From Macrostomum lignano (taxonomy: Eukaryota): a stretch of DNA of 64,000 bases. The stretch spans positions 62,001 through 126,000 of the forward strand of contig NIVC01002658.1 in the NCBI GenBank assembly GCA_002269645.1, given 5' to 3'. A program made the position numbers and the translations under genes. Under the pieces are notes generated by a model. The model searched no databases. It saw only the letters and a list, made by a program, of their open reading frames with translations, and was not told the DNA's origin. Of this stretch, positions 40,300 to 52,167 are shown one piece after another. Each line of letters opens with the position of its first letter. Position 1 is the first letter of the stretch.

Positions 40300-40582
40300 A
40301 CCCACAAGTACCCGCTTCCCATTGTTGCAGGGTATCTAACACCCACAAGCACCCCAATTCGCATTGTTGCAGGGTATCTAACACCCACAAGCACCCCAAT
40401 TCCCATTGTTGCAGGGTATCTAACACCCACAAGCACCCCAATTCGCATTGTTGCAGGGTATCTAACACCCACAAGCACCCCGCTTCCCACTGTTGCAGGG
40501 TATCCAACAACCACAAGCACCCCACTTCCCACTGTTGCAGGGTATCCAACAACCACAAGCACCCCGCTTCCCATTGTTGCAG
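40300..40582. repeat. 42-bp minisatellite directly upstream of the GPCR start
   Basis: About 6-7 copies of CCC(AATT/GCTT)CCCATTGTTGCAGGGTATC(T/C)AACA(C/A)CCACAAGCAC. Confidence 0.9.
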
Positions 40583-40595
40583 AAAATCCTCAACC

Positions 40596-40883
40596 ATGGG
40601 ATCAGCGCTGAGCGGGCCCCTGGCCAACCGCACCCAGCTGATAGCCTGCAGCAACATATCCGGATTGCGAGCCTCAGAGCACCAGGCGCTGGCCAGGTTC
40701 CAGGAATTCTACCGGCCTGTCCATGGCTACGTGTGCGTGCTGCTGTGCGTCTTCGGCGTGGTGGCCAACGTGGCTAACATTGCCGTGCTCACTCGCAAGG
40801 TGATGCTGGCCTCCTCCATCAATGTCATCCTGCTGGCTGTGGCGGCCGCCGATCTGCTCACAATGCTGCTGTACTTTTTTCAG
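40596..40883 (+). CDS. Rhodopsin-class peptide GPCR, DMSR/Srw (myosuppressin-receptor-like) type, exon 1 (N-term, TM1-TM2)
   Basis: N-glycosylation sequons NRT and NIS; HGYVCVLLCVFGVVANVANIAVLTRK; ILLAVAAADLLTML; donor GTGCTT at 40884, phase 0. Confidence 0.88.
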
Positions 40884-41180
40884 GTGCTTTTTTGACTAAA
40901 TAATTCATTTTTTATAACTATGGTACTTTTTAAGCATGCTGTGCTCTGAGGGTTAGGGCCGGCTAACATTTAAATCCGTTTGATGGATTCGTACATAGCT
41001 CGTGTACCCTATGTACAGACTTCATCACGTGACTGCTTTACCGCATTTATTATCTCGTCACGTGATGAAGCTTGTGCGTGGGGGGCAAATGTACATTGGG
41101 GGAGCAGCTGTGGAATAATGACCGGATAACTAACGCGCCACCATTGCTTAGTCTGTTGCATCTTAGTCTGCTTTATCAGT

Positions 41181-41523
41181 GGCAGGAGGCTGTGTGCACC
41201 CTGGCGCACTTTAAGCGACATTGCCACACAACCGGCGAGAGGCATTGCTGCCCATTCCGCCGACTCCCCTGAGCAGCACACAAGCGCGCGGATACGTACG
41301 CAGTCACACGCGCAGGCACACACTCACACAGGAGTGTACAGCGGCCCTAACTTTATTTATCGTTAGGCATGTACACTTCACTGTGCCTTGGGGGTTGGCC
41401 ATCAATGCCGCTAACTGCACGAGCAGAGCCAAGCCGGGATTCCAATTCAGCCCCAAATTAATTTGACTGCACTTGGAATCGAGCCTGGGCCGCTGGCATA
41501 TCGGAGCGCCACCTCAGACCACA
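41181..41523 (-). mobile_element. tRNA-like SINE, copy A (in GPCR intron)
   Basis: Reverse-complement homolog of 51812-52167; B-box-like GGCTCGATTCC on the minus strand. Confidence 0.65.
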
Positions 41524-41755
41524 CATGTGTATCATTGCAGTGTGCTTTTTCTAAATTTAGCAGAATTAAGCTACTGCAAGTAGAAGCATTAGAAATATCC
41601 ATGGTACCCATTAGTTAGTTAAGTTAGATTGCAGTGGGTGAGTCGCACGAGCGTACGGCAACTCCTGGGACCAGTTTTTGGCCTGGAGCCAAAAAAGCAC
41701 TTTAGCATTTTTGAAGTACCACGGAGCCACTCTGCCCCGCAACAATGCCCCGTAG

Positions 41756-42736
41756 ATTCTGCACTTCACCCTGCTATCGCCGGGCGAGGGCCTGAGCATG
41801 CCGCACACCCTATCGTACCCGTGGATCGTGTACTCGCTGTTCGCCATCAGCCTGGTGCTGGTGCTGCACACCGTGGCCTGCTGGCTGACGGTGGCGCTGG
41901 CCGTGTTCCGCTTCCTCTACATCGCCCTACCGACCCGCGGTGTCCAGCTGGCCAGCTTCCGCAACGCCTACATCAGCATAGCCGCCATCTGCCTGGTGTT
42001 CGCGCTGACCACCACGCCCAACTACCTGGTGAACGTGGCCAAAGCCTGCCGCTCCAGCCGGGACCAGGTGGTGTACTTCATCGGCCTGCCGGACGTGATG
42101 ACAGCAAGCCTGGTGGAGTCGAACTACTGGACCATCGCCGTGCTGTACAAGATCGTGCCCTGCCTGCTGCTCTCGCTGATGACCGTCCTGCTGATTGTCC
42201 AGCTGTCCAAGGCGGCCCGCAGGCGCCGAAAGCTGCTCAGCAGTGGCAAGAGTTCCCAGCGGGAGCAGCGGAAGGATAGGCGGGAGCAGCGGACCACCAT
42301 CATGCTGCTGGCCATTGTGATCATCTTCATCATCACCGAGCTGCCGCAGGGCATCATGTCCCTTCTCTGTTTCGTAGTTAGAAATTTCGACACCAACGTC
42401 TACAGTCCTCTCGGCGACGTCCTCGACCTGCTGTCCCTGATCAACAACAGCGTCAACTTCGTGCTGTACACCACCATGTCCAAGCAGTTTCGCGACACCT
42501 TCGCTGACGTGTTTCTCACCTGGTGCCGCCGGCCGGGACCGCCAGCCGCTGCAAAAGGCGGCGAAGCAAAAGACGCAGCCGCTGTGGAGATTGAGGATGA
42601 CGATGGGGCCCAGCCGCCGGCGCCGAACGGCCAAGAGGCCGGCAGAGCGAAGCCGGCCGCCGCCTGCTCGACAGGGGAAATCGCCTGCGAGGAGGCGATG
42701 CCGCTGCAGTCGCAGAGACGGAGCCACCTAGTCTGA
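41756..42736 (+). CDS. DMSR/Srw-type GPCR, exon 2 (TM3-TM7, C-tail)
   Basis: Acceptor ccccgtag at 41755. Encodes LHTVACWLTVALAVFRF (TM3), RTTIMLLAIVIIFIITELPQGI (TM6), DVLDLLSLINNSVNFVLYTTMSKQFRDTF (TM7/H8). Spliced product 422 aa. Confidence 0.93.
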   Translation: MLHFTLLSPGEGLSMPHTLSYPWIVYSLFAISLVLVLHTVACWLTVALAVFRFLYIALPTRGVQLASFRNAYISIAAICLVFALTTTPNYLVNVAKACRSSRDQVVYFIGLPDVMTASLVESNYWTIAVLYKIVPCLLLSLMTVLLIVQLSKAARRRRKLLSSGKSSQREQRKDRREQRTTIMLLAIVIIFIITELPQGIMSLLCFVVRNFDTNVYSPLGDVLDLLSLINNSVNFVLYTTMSKQFRDTFADVFLTWCRRPGPPAAAKGGEAKDAAAVEIEDDDGAQPPAPNGQEAGRAKPAAACSTGEIACEEAMPLQSQRRSHLV

Positions 42737-42897
42737 TCGAATTCTCGAACCTGAACCGCTCTGGCGTTTTCGTCCTTACATCACGAGCTATGAACCAACC
42801 GTTGTTTTCGTGTGTCTCGTGAACTGAAGCTGTCATAAACGGCAACATTTCCGTCATTGTGTTGTGTGCTTAGCTGAGCCTCTGTGCGCGTCGATTC

Positions 42898-43146
42898 GTT
42901 TGAACCTGGGGTCGGCAAACTCGGGCTCGCGAGGCCTTCGGGTCCTTTGAAACTTCTCTCCTCTCTCTCTCTCTCTCTCGACTCTCTTCTCCCTCCTCGA
43001 CTCTCTTCTCTCTCCTCGACTCTCTTCTCTCTCCTCGACTCTCTTCTCTCTCCCCTCCTCTCTCCCTCTCATCTGGCCCGCAGCCAAGAGCTAGAATCTT
43101 TATCTGGCCCTTGAGGTAAAACAGTTTGCCGACCCCAGGTTCAAAC
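42898..43146. mobile_element. hAT-type MITE with internal CT-rich tract
   Basis: 24-bp perfect inverted repeat GTTTGAACCTGGGGTCGGCAAACT / AGTTTGCCGACCCCAGGTTCAAAC. The GGGGTCGGCAAAC core is typical of hAT non-autonomous ends. Confidence 0.8.
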
Positions 43147-43289
43147 TCTGTGCCCGCTTATCCGCCTCTTGCCTTCCCCGTTAATTCCCTTAAGTCGCTT
43201 CGAGGCAGACAATATAACTTGTTGAGTTTTCGTAGTGCAACAAAAATCACATTAGAAATTTGTCTTTTGGAAAAATCTTGGTTGTAGAG

Positions 43290-43842
43290 AAGACAGAAGA
43301 GAGGAGAGAGGAGAGGAAAGGAGAGGAGAGGAGAGGAGAAGAGAGGAGAGGAGAGGAGAGGAGAAGAGAGAGGAGAGGAGAGGAGAGGAGAGGAGAGGAG
43401 AAGAGAGGAGAGGAGAGGAGAGGAGAGGAGAAGAGAGAGGAGAGGAGAGGAGAGGAGAGGAGAGGAGAGGAGAGGAGAGGAGAGGAGAGGAGAGGAGAGG
43501 AGAGGAGGGAGGAGAGGAGAGGAGAGGAGAGAGAGAGAGAGAGGAGAGGAGAGGAGAGGAGAGGAGAGGAGAGGAGAGGAGAGGAGAGGAGAGGAGAGGA
43601 GAGGAGAGGAGAGGAGGGAGAGGAGAGGAGAGGAGAGGAGAGGAGAGGAGAGGAGAGGAGAGGAGAGGAGAGGAGAGGAGAGGAGAGGAGAGGAGAGGAG
43701 AAGAGAGAGGAGAGGAGAGGAGAGGAGAGGAGAGGAGAGGAGAGGAGAGGAGAAATGAGTGAAGTTTCAAAGGACCCGAAGGCCTGATAGAGAGGCTACG
43801 CGGGCCGCATGTGGCCTGCGGGCCGAAGTTTGCTGACCCTTG
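43290..43842 (-). mobile_element. Partial second copy of the same hAT MITE, carrying an expanded (GAGAG)n tract (43296-43752)
   Basis: The minus strand reads AAGGGTCAGCAAACTTCGGCCCGCAGGCC...AGGCCTTCGGGTCCTTTGAAACTT, shared with the 42898 element, then a CT-rich run. The other TIR is not seen. Confidence 0.65.
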
Positions 43843-44193
43843 ATGTAAGATGCCGTTCATGTTAAGGCTGATAAAGCTGCATGATATGCTTCATATTTGC
43901 AAAACAACTATTAAAAAGTTCTACTTGATCCATCTACCATTTTGAAGCTGACGATCTCCCGGCGGTTCGGTGAATTTATGCGTCTGAATTGTTGAGGCTG
44001 CAGATACCGGTCCGATAGGAGGCTGGCTGATAAATCTCCTGCCTTCAGAGCCGACAGACCCACGAAGGCGGAGCGCGCAGCCGTTTCTGGCTTTTGTGCT
44101 TCAGGAACGCAGCCTGACCTTGTTCGTTTCTCTGACGGCTGAATCTGTTCGTTTCTCTGACGGCTGAATCTGTTCGTTTCTCTGACGGCTGAA

Positions 44194-44638
<445 letters not shown>

Positions 44639-45217
44639 AAATCATACTTGCTTCATTTCAAAACGGCAGTCCAAAAGGTGAGATTTCCAATCTCGCAGCT
44701 AAAGTACATCGCACTGGGTACAGCGGCTGCTCGTGAGACGTAGTCAGAATCGATAAACCGATTTGGTCCCTCGAATTCATCGCAAAATCCGACGCTCTCA
44801 CGGCTCACGGTTGAAGCGGCTTCAAAGCCGATAATTTTTTGCCTATCAGACTGGAAAATCGAAGGAAAAAAGCGTAAGTGGAAAATCATATCTTCGAATA
44901 GCTGTTGTCGCAGTTTTTTGTACGCGTCAGATAAACTCTCGTCTGAGCTAAACGCAGCACAAACAGCTTGAATGAAAATGCATCTAATTAGAGACCAATT
45001 AGGATGGTAATCACATCAGTGCGCAGAGTCTTCTGCTTGCTTGATTTAATTATTTAGCATCTGTCTCAATCTGTCTCAACTATCGCAATCATTTAATCAT
45101 TTAATTTGGCGCGGCCAGCAGTGCCGGCGGCACGCGAACCCCTGACCGCCAGTTGCTTGGACGGTTTGATACTAAGCAGATTCGGTTTTTCCCGAATTGC
45201 GGATTGATATACTGGCA

Positions 45218-45368
45218 CCGGTGCCCTTGTAGCTTCCGGTGATCCTGTCAGCACCTGGTGCCCTTGTAGCTTCCAGTGATCCTGTCAGCACCTGGTGCCC
45301 TTGTAGCTTCCGGTGATCCTGTAAGCACCTACCCTACCCTTGAGCTTCCGGTGATCCTGTCAGCACCT
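45218..45368. repeat. 37-bp minisatellite, ~4 copies
   Basis: CACCTGGTGCCCTTGTAGCTTCCGGTGATCCTGTCAG repeated. Confidence 0.85.
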
Positions 45369-46089
45369 ACCATCTACGAGCGTATTGATAATTTATGAAA
45401 CTTTTTGATACTGTCAAGCCTGTCAAACCTTCACAGTCTAAGACTTAGTTAACAAGAAATCTACTCAAAGCTTGGCAACACTCCGTCGCAGCAGAAGCCA
45501 CTATAAGCAGAATTTCAACTCTAGACTCGATTTTTTTCTTCTAGACTTCCTTTAGCAACTGCCGGTCTATCTGGCGAGTTTAGTGAGGCCAAGCTAAGTT
45601 GCTGGCGGCTCTGGTTTCAAACGGATTAGCAAAGCTCCCGCTGGCCGAGTCCCGAATTGGCCAGGTGGGCCTGAGAGAGCTTAAGCGGCTTACTAGCTGA
45701 ATGCATAATGCACTGCAAGAGTTCGGGCCCGGGCATTCACAGCCATTCTCTGCCTTCATCAATAGGCAGTGCTCACTGAAAGCGGCTCAGAAAGTCATTG
45801 TTGCTTTGAAACACCGCCCCATCACCCCTATCCAGAATCCCTGCTTCGTAACTGAATTCAGTTCCGGCACGCTTGGCTTCTCCTCGCTCACAGGAACACG
45901 CGCAGAAATCAAAGATTTCCCCTTTCAGGGATTTTTAATCTGACCCTCAACAAGCCAAGTGGAAATTGAGTTGAAGGCTCATGTCAACTCAAATTACTCG
46001 ATATTTCAATTATTTACTTGACCAGATTCTGACATCAAAGACGCTTGGAATTGGATGAAGTTGGTATTATTTTTAATGCGTCATTACCG

Positions 46090-46580
46090 CGCTGTGACTG
46101 GCGGAATGCTTGATGTGACTGGCGGAATGCTTGATGTGACTGTCGGAACACTTGATGTGACTGCCGGAACACTTGATGTGACTGGCGGAATGCTTGATGT
46201 GACTGTCGGAACACTTGATGTGACTGCCGGAACACTTGATGTGACTGCCGGAACACTTGATGTGACTGCCTTAACACTTGATGTGACTGCCGGAACACTT
46301 GATGTGACTGCCGGAACACTTGATGTGACTGGCGGAACACTTGATGTGACTGCCGGGACACTTGATGTGACTGTCGGAACACTTGATGTGACTGCCGATA
46401 CACTTGATGTGACTGCCGGAACACTTGATGTGACTGCCGGAACACTTGATGTGACTGCCGGAACACTTGATGTGACTGCCGGAACACTTGATGTGACTGC
46501 CGGAACACTTGATGTGACTCTTGATGTGACTGCCGGAACACTTGATGTGACTGGCGGAATGCTTGATGTGACTGCCGGAT
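46090..46580. repeat. 21-bp minisatellite (GTGACTGCCGGAACACTTGAT)
   Basis: About 23 copies; explains the TLDVTAG / RQSHQVF ORFs. Confidence 0.94.
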
Positions 46581-47714
46581 CACTTGTTATTAAGACAAAG
46601 TTTAGCAAATTACTTAAATGATTGTTTTTTTGCACTGATAAGATTGGTTGCTATGCTATCAGACTCAAGTCAGCTGTTCCACTTGCTATTAGGCCAGGTG
46701 TTTTTTTTACCAATTTCGCTGCTCTGGGGATCAGAGCGTTTTCTATATTGGACAAACGAAGACACACCTGCACACTATAGAGCTGGGGAACACTTGCTAA
46801 AAAACTTCAAGATTATTGAAGCTTCGTGTATCAGAATGCACAAATCCAACTTGAATGTGCAGCTAGCTGGCAATGGGGTGGAGCGTGAGCTCAAAGTACT
46901 GTGAGCAGTGCCGTGTCAATTCTCTCGCTCCCTCCCGTTCTGTATTTTTATTCGTTTTAAAACTTTACCAGACTGTTTTGACCTGTTTTTGGAGTGTACA
47001 GCTTGTTGTTCTTAAATATACTGGTGTGCTAAGATCACTTGGATTGGATTAGTCTATGATAGACGAAATGCGTTGGCAACAAATAATTTAAGTCTTCTCT
47101 TGCTTTTGGCAAACATCGGCTGATGTCCACTTGAGCTTGATTCATTCCAGTTGCACTTGTGATGCCGACTTCTTTCATTTGCTCCGTTGGCGTCGTAGCC
47201 AAATTGTCGCTAACAGCGGTTGCAACCTTCATTAGGGTCCAACCAGCCTCATCAGCAGTTTCGAAATTGGTCAGAAACTTAATAAAATCTTCAGTTCACT
47301 TGCAAAATAATCCAACTCAGCTGACGAGACTCCATCTAGGCTATCCACTGGCAGATTCTTCCAGTTGATTGAGGGCAGTTTTTCCCTGAGGGTTTTTTCA
47401 TGTTTCTCTCTTCAATTTCTTTCCTTCCTTGGACTTTGCTACTGATGTTCTGCCACCAACTCTTCGCTGATCTTTAGTGAATGGTTATCAACTAATCTGC
47501 CCCGTAACTAAATATTTATCCAAAATCAGCCAATCCTCTGGCAGTGGAAATTAGTCTATGGTAAGAAGAAACATCTGCCTTATTTAATACGAGTAGCGTG
47601 ACTCGAGTATCCTATCACGAGTCAACGAGCCGATGAGACAATGAGATCTGTAACGAGTGGCTGCTGATTATTATTCAAGCATGAAATCATATATATAATC
47701 TACCATTAGCTGTG

Positions 47715-47925
47715 AGTCATTGACTATGATTTATTGAGTATGGCTCATTGACTATGACTCATTGACTATGACTCATTGATTATGACTCATTGATTATGAT
47801 TCACCGACTTTGACTCATTGACTATGACTCATTGACTATATAACTCATTGACTATGACTCACTGTCTATGACTCATTGACTATGACTCACTGATTATGAA
47901 TCCTTGACTGTGACTCATTGACTTT
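47715..47925. repeat. 14-bp degenerate minisatellite (CTCATTGACTATGA)
   Basis: About 13 imperfect copies. Confidence 0.8.
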
Positions 47926-48443
47926 ACAGGTCAAGTCCTTGTTTCGAGACGTTTAATTGGTAGAAAACACTCTAAAATTCTCGTAGAATCAAGTCCGGTA
48001 CCTCTGGGACAAGCGATAGATGCGATTTTCTTCACCGAGTCCTTTCTCTGCCTCTCCCATCTGCATATCACAGTCCTTAGGACAGACTGGGGCAGGCGGA
48101 CTCTGCTTATTCAGCAACCCAAGCCACTGAAGCTGCCACACATGGAGAGCCTACAGATTATCAGGGTCGCTATGGCAACAGAGAGACTCCTGCAGTCTAG
48201 GAAAGGGAGAGAGAGGGAAAAAGTAAGGGAAGTGCGGGGTTGGGACTAAAAGCCCAATATTCATGCGGTGCATTGGGCCATTGATTTTTTACCTTAGTAA
48301 AAAAAGCTGCTTTCATCGACTTTCGAGGCTGCTCTATTGGAGCAGCTGGCGCTAGATGGGGCCACCAGAGGCAAATAAAAAGCACGAGGAAGAAACAGAA
48401 TCACATGGAGGCTGGAGCTGGGATAGGCGGGAGAAACTTATGC

Positions 48444-48450
48444 TATAAAT
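48444..48450 (+). promoter_or_regulatory. Candidate TATA box of CUB gene 1
   Basis: TATAAAT about 40 bp upstream of the ATG at 48490; position only, untested. Confidence 0.4.
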
Positions 48451-48489
48451 GCATTGTCTCAGCCTGCGCGAGCCTGACGGTGCGGAGCG

Positions 48490-48577
48490 ATGGCCTGTGC
48501 CAGCAGGATCCTGCGGGCGGCAGTCGCCATCTGTTGCGGTCTTCTGCTCCTGCCTGGACCAGCGCAAGCGGAATCCT
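48490..48577 (+). CDS. Single-CUB type-I membrane protein 1, exon 1 (signal peptide)
   Basis: MACASRILRAAVAICCGLLLLPGPAQA-ES; donor GTGAGT at 48578, phase 1. Confidence 0.82.
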
Positions 48578-48657
48578 GTGAGTAGCCGCGGCCCTGCACT
48601 TTTACACCTGTCCACCTGACTGTCTTGGAACTACTTTCGTCTGTGCCCTATCCGCAG

Positions 48658-48793
48658 GCGACTACGTCTCCACTGCAGCTGGACCCTGCGATGCCACTGC
48701 CACTCAAGGCAGCTGCGCCGACTACTATCAAGCGTTCGCTGACACGTCCTACCAGTACATCCGGAGCCCTAACTATCCCGGCCCATATGCTGA
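48658..48793 (+). CDS. CUB protein 1, exon 2
   Basis: Acceptor tccgcag; CDYVSTAAGPCDATATQGSCADYY...IRSPNYPGPY (CUB motif); donor GTGAGT. Confidence 0.88.
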
Positions 48794-48857
48794 GTGAGTC
48801 GGCCTCCCACCTGTGATCTTGCACGGCTTCTCTTCTTCACTTTCTCCTTTCTTTCCT

Positions 48858-49742
48858 TCCCACCCGTATCCAATCCTCTTCCCACCCGTATCCAATCCTC
48901 TTCCCACCCGTATCCAATCCTCTTCCTACCCGTATCCAATCCTCTTCCCACCCGTATCCAATCCTCTTCCCACCCGTATCCAATCCTCTTCCTACCCGTA
49001 TCCAATCCTCTTCCCACCCGTATCCAATCCTCTTCCCACCCGTATCCAATCCTCTTCCCACCCGTATCCAATCCTCTTCCCACCCGTATCCAATCCTCTT
49101 CCCACCCGTATCCAATCCTCTTCCCACCCGTATCCAATCCTCTTCCCACCCGTATCCAATCCTCTTCCCACCCGTATCCAATCCTCTTCCCACCCGTATC
49201 CAATCCTCTTCCCACCCGTATCCAATCCTCTTCCCACCCGTATCCAATCCTCTTCCCACCCGTATCCAATCCTCTTCCTACCCGTATCCAATCCTCTTCC
49301 CACCCGTATCCAATCCTCTTCCCACCCGTATCCAATCCTCTTCCCACCCGTATCCAATCCTCTTCCCACCCGTATCCAATCCTCTTCCCACCCGTATCCA
49401 ATCCTCTTCCCACCCGTATCCAATCCTCTTCCCACCCGTATCCAATCCTCTTCCCACCCGTATCCAATCCTCTTCCCACCCGTATCCAATCCTCTTCCCA
49501 CCCGTATCCAATCCTCTTCCCACCCGTATCCAATCCTCTTCCCACCCGTATCCAATCCTCTTCTCCTCACCGAATCTCTTTTCCCAGCCGTCACCGAATC
49601 TCTTTTCCCAGCCGTCACCGAATCTCTTTTCCCAGCCGTCACCGAATCTCTTTTCCCAGCCGTCACCGAATCTCTTTTCCCAGCCGTCACCGAATCTCTT
49701 TTCCCAGCCGTCACCGAATCTCTTTTTCCTAGCCGTCACCGA
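48858..49742. repeat. 22-bp (ACCCGTATCCAATCCTCTTCCC, ~32x) then 24-bp (CCGTCACCGAATCTCTTTTCCCAG, ~7x) minisatellites in CUB1 intron 2
   Basis: Periods read directly; junction at ~49563. Confidence 0.94.
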
Positions 49743-49845
49743 CCTTCTTCCCATTCGCCTCCTGCACTCTTTTCACCTGTCTTTAACTCTCTGATTACTC
49801 TTAATCTCTTTAATTAGCAAAGCATCCCCCGCGCGACGCCCGCAG

Positions 49846-49994
49846 CAACCAGGTGTGCCGCTGGGTCCTGTCCGCCTGCCGCTGCTCCAATCCTCTCCGG
49901 CCGGAGGCAAAATTTCGCGTAGAATTCGAAGTGCTTGACTTTGAAATTCAGGACAGCCCATCCTGCACCCAGGACTTCGTAGAAGTTAAGGACG
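49846..49994 (+). CDS. CUB protein 1, exon 3
   Basis: NQVCRWVLSACRC...FRVEFEVLDFEIQDSPSCTQDFVEVKD (CUB core); donor GTGAGC. Confidence 0.9.
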
Positions 49995-50216
49995 GTGAGC
50001 AATTAAATTGAAACAAATCATAGGCAGCTCTCAATTTGAATAATTAGCTATTCAAGTGCCCGTCATGAGCATCAAAGCTAATTTAATTGCGCAGGTTTAT
50101 CTTATTTGTTGGTACTATAATTTAGCTATTAGGTCAATTAGTTTAATTGAAGTGAGAGCCGGCAACCCAGAATGCAGGCAGTCACAGCTCTATTCAAGGA
50201 GCTTCAGTTTGACAGA

Positions 50217-51059
50217 GGAATCCCCACTCACAATGTTTTTTTACTGCGCGCCGGAACGGAGCAACGCAGGCACACGAAATTTGAGATCACGGGCCAAATT
50301 ATTGTTGCGCACCTTCTCAAACAAGAATAAAGTTGCCAGCCCTCCGGACCGTCCAGATATTCAATGATTCTGCCAGAAAGTCGGATTTTCCCATAAGCGC
50401 CAGTGTACGCCAGTGTACGCCAGTGTACGCCAGTGTACGCCAGTGTACGCCAGTGTACGCCAGTGTACGCCAGTGTACGCCAGTGTACGCCAGTGTACGC
50501 CAGTGTACGCCAGTGTACGCCAGTGTACGCCAGTGTACGCCAGTGTACGCCAGTGTACGCCAGTGTACGCCAGTGTACGCCAGTGTACGCCAGTGTACGC
50601 CAGTGTACGCCAGTGTACGCCAGTGTACGCCAGTGTACGCCAGTGTACGCCAGTGTACGCCAGTGTACGCCAGTGTACGCCAGTGTACGCCAGTGTACGC
50701 CAGTGTACGCCAGTGTACGCCAGTGTACGCCAGTGTACGCCAGTGTACGCCAGTGACCAACGAAGTCAGAGCTGATGCAGACACATGCGGTCCACGTGCT
50801 GATGAAATTTGGGGGCTTTGCAAGGCCGCAACGAGGCGCAGTGCTGATTGGCGCACAGTTGTGTACTGAATACACTAGCGCTTATGGGAAAAATTCGACC
50901 ATTTGACAAAACTGTTGAATATCTTGACGGTCCGGAGGGTTGGCGACTTGATTCTTGTTTCAGAAGGTGCGCAATAAAAAGTCAGCCCGTGGTCTGGAAT
51001 TTCTTGAGCCTGCGTTGCTCCGTTCCGGTGGAGCAAAAAATTGTGAAGAGAGGGATTCC
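50217..51059. mobile_element. Foldback/MITE-like element with ~185-bp diverged inverted arms enclosing a 10-bp satellite
   Basis: 50217-50401 aligns by eye to the reverse complement of ~50869-51059 (e.g. CCGGAACGGAGCAACGCAGGC vs GCCTGCGTTGCTCCGTTCCGG). No clear TSD. Confidence 0.78.
50397..50755. repeat. 10-bp satellite (CAGTGTACGC), ~35 perfect copies
   Basis: Directly visible. Confidence 0.97.
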
Positions 51060-51116
51060 CCCTTTTGGTAGTTCTACTGCTAATGACGTCATTTGATGCA
51101 CTTATTGCCCTCACAG

Positions 51117-51302
51117 GAAAGCGCCTATGGGCCCACTCGTTTGGGCAATACTGCGGCAACAGCTGCGTCAAAGGCAACAGCAACAACCTCACGCAGAGCA
51201 CCGGTTTGCACCTGCTGGTCACTTTCCAGACCGATGTGTTCAACGCGAGACAGCCGCAGAAATATCGGGGCTTTCAGGCGCGCTATCGTTGTGTTGAGCT
51301 CG
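51117..51302 (+). CDS. CUB protein 1, exon 4
   Basis: Acceptor cctcacag; GKRLWAHSFGQYCGNSC...LLVTFQTD...YRGFQARYRC; donor GTAAGC. Confidence 0.9.
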
Positions 51303-51811
51303 GTAAGCTGCTGCGAAGTCCCGTTTTAGAATTGGTTTGAGCAATCTGTAATCTGCGGAGCTGCTGTGGGTAATATAAACCAGTCTTTTAGAGCCAAGCC
51401 CCAAGGCAGTGGTCAGTGGAATGGGCATGGTGGCTGGCTGCAAACAAATCTGAGCAGTCATGGTTGATTTTCCGTAGTCGGTTTCGAACGAATTTGAATA
51501 ATTTCTGACATTTGTCTTTCTTTTTTGTTGTCCTGTTCGGTTTTTATTACTCTAGCATCGATGTGCAAGTAGTATAAGCAGAAAATGAACATTCAATTTT
51601 CTGACTTTTTGTTTAATTGACAGCAGAATATGATAGCCCTGTTTTGAGTCTCTTTTCTCAAAGGAGAGATCGATCCAGATTCTATTACTGAAAGTTTGGT
51701 ACCTCTGAAGAATTTGAATTCAGGGCTGAAAACGAAGAAGAAATTTAAGTAATTAATTTGAATCTATCGATGCTCTGGCAACTTGCTGCAAATGTTTAGC
51801 TACAGGGAATA

Positions 51812-52167
51812 GGGAGTCGTGACTCAGTGGTATGGCGCGGCGCTCTGATGTGCCAGCGGCCCAGGCTCGATTTCAAGTGCAATCACATGAATTTGGGGCT
51901 GAATTGGAATCTCGGCTTGGCTCTGCTCGTGCAATTAACGGTCTTTCGGGCCAAACCCCAAGCCACAGTGAAGTGTACATGCCTAACGATAAATAAAGTT
52001 AGGGCCGCTGTACACTCCTGTGTGTGTGTGCCTGTGCGTATGACTGCGTACGTATCCGCGCGCTTGTGTGCCTGCCCAGGGGAGTCGGCGGAATGGGCAG
52101 CAATGCCTCTCGCCGGTTGTGTGACAATGTCGTCTGAAGTGCGCCAGAGCGCACAGCCCCTGCCTCT
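51812..52167 (+). mobile_element. tRNA-like SINE, copy B (in CUB1 intron 4)
   Basis: Head GGGAGTCGTGACTCAGTGGTA (A-box-like) and GGCTCGATTTC (B-box-like, 51864); body homologous to 41181-41523. Confidence 0.7.

Noticed and set aside
41629-42279. 216-aa ORF overlapping GPCR exon 2
   Set aside because: Off-frame shadow of GC-rich coding sequence; the 7TM frame and the acceptor at 41755 explain the region.
46900-47500. Protein-like minus-strand fragments interrupted by stops
   Set aside because: Possible TE or pseudogene remnant, but no identifiable homology by eye.
51812-51890. Genuine tRNA gene
   Set aside because: Has A/B-box-like motifs but no convincing cloverleaf or acceptor stem, and continues into a repeated body; treated as a SINE head.
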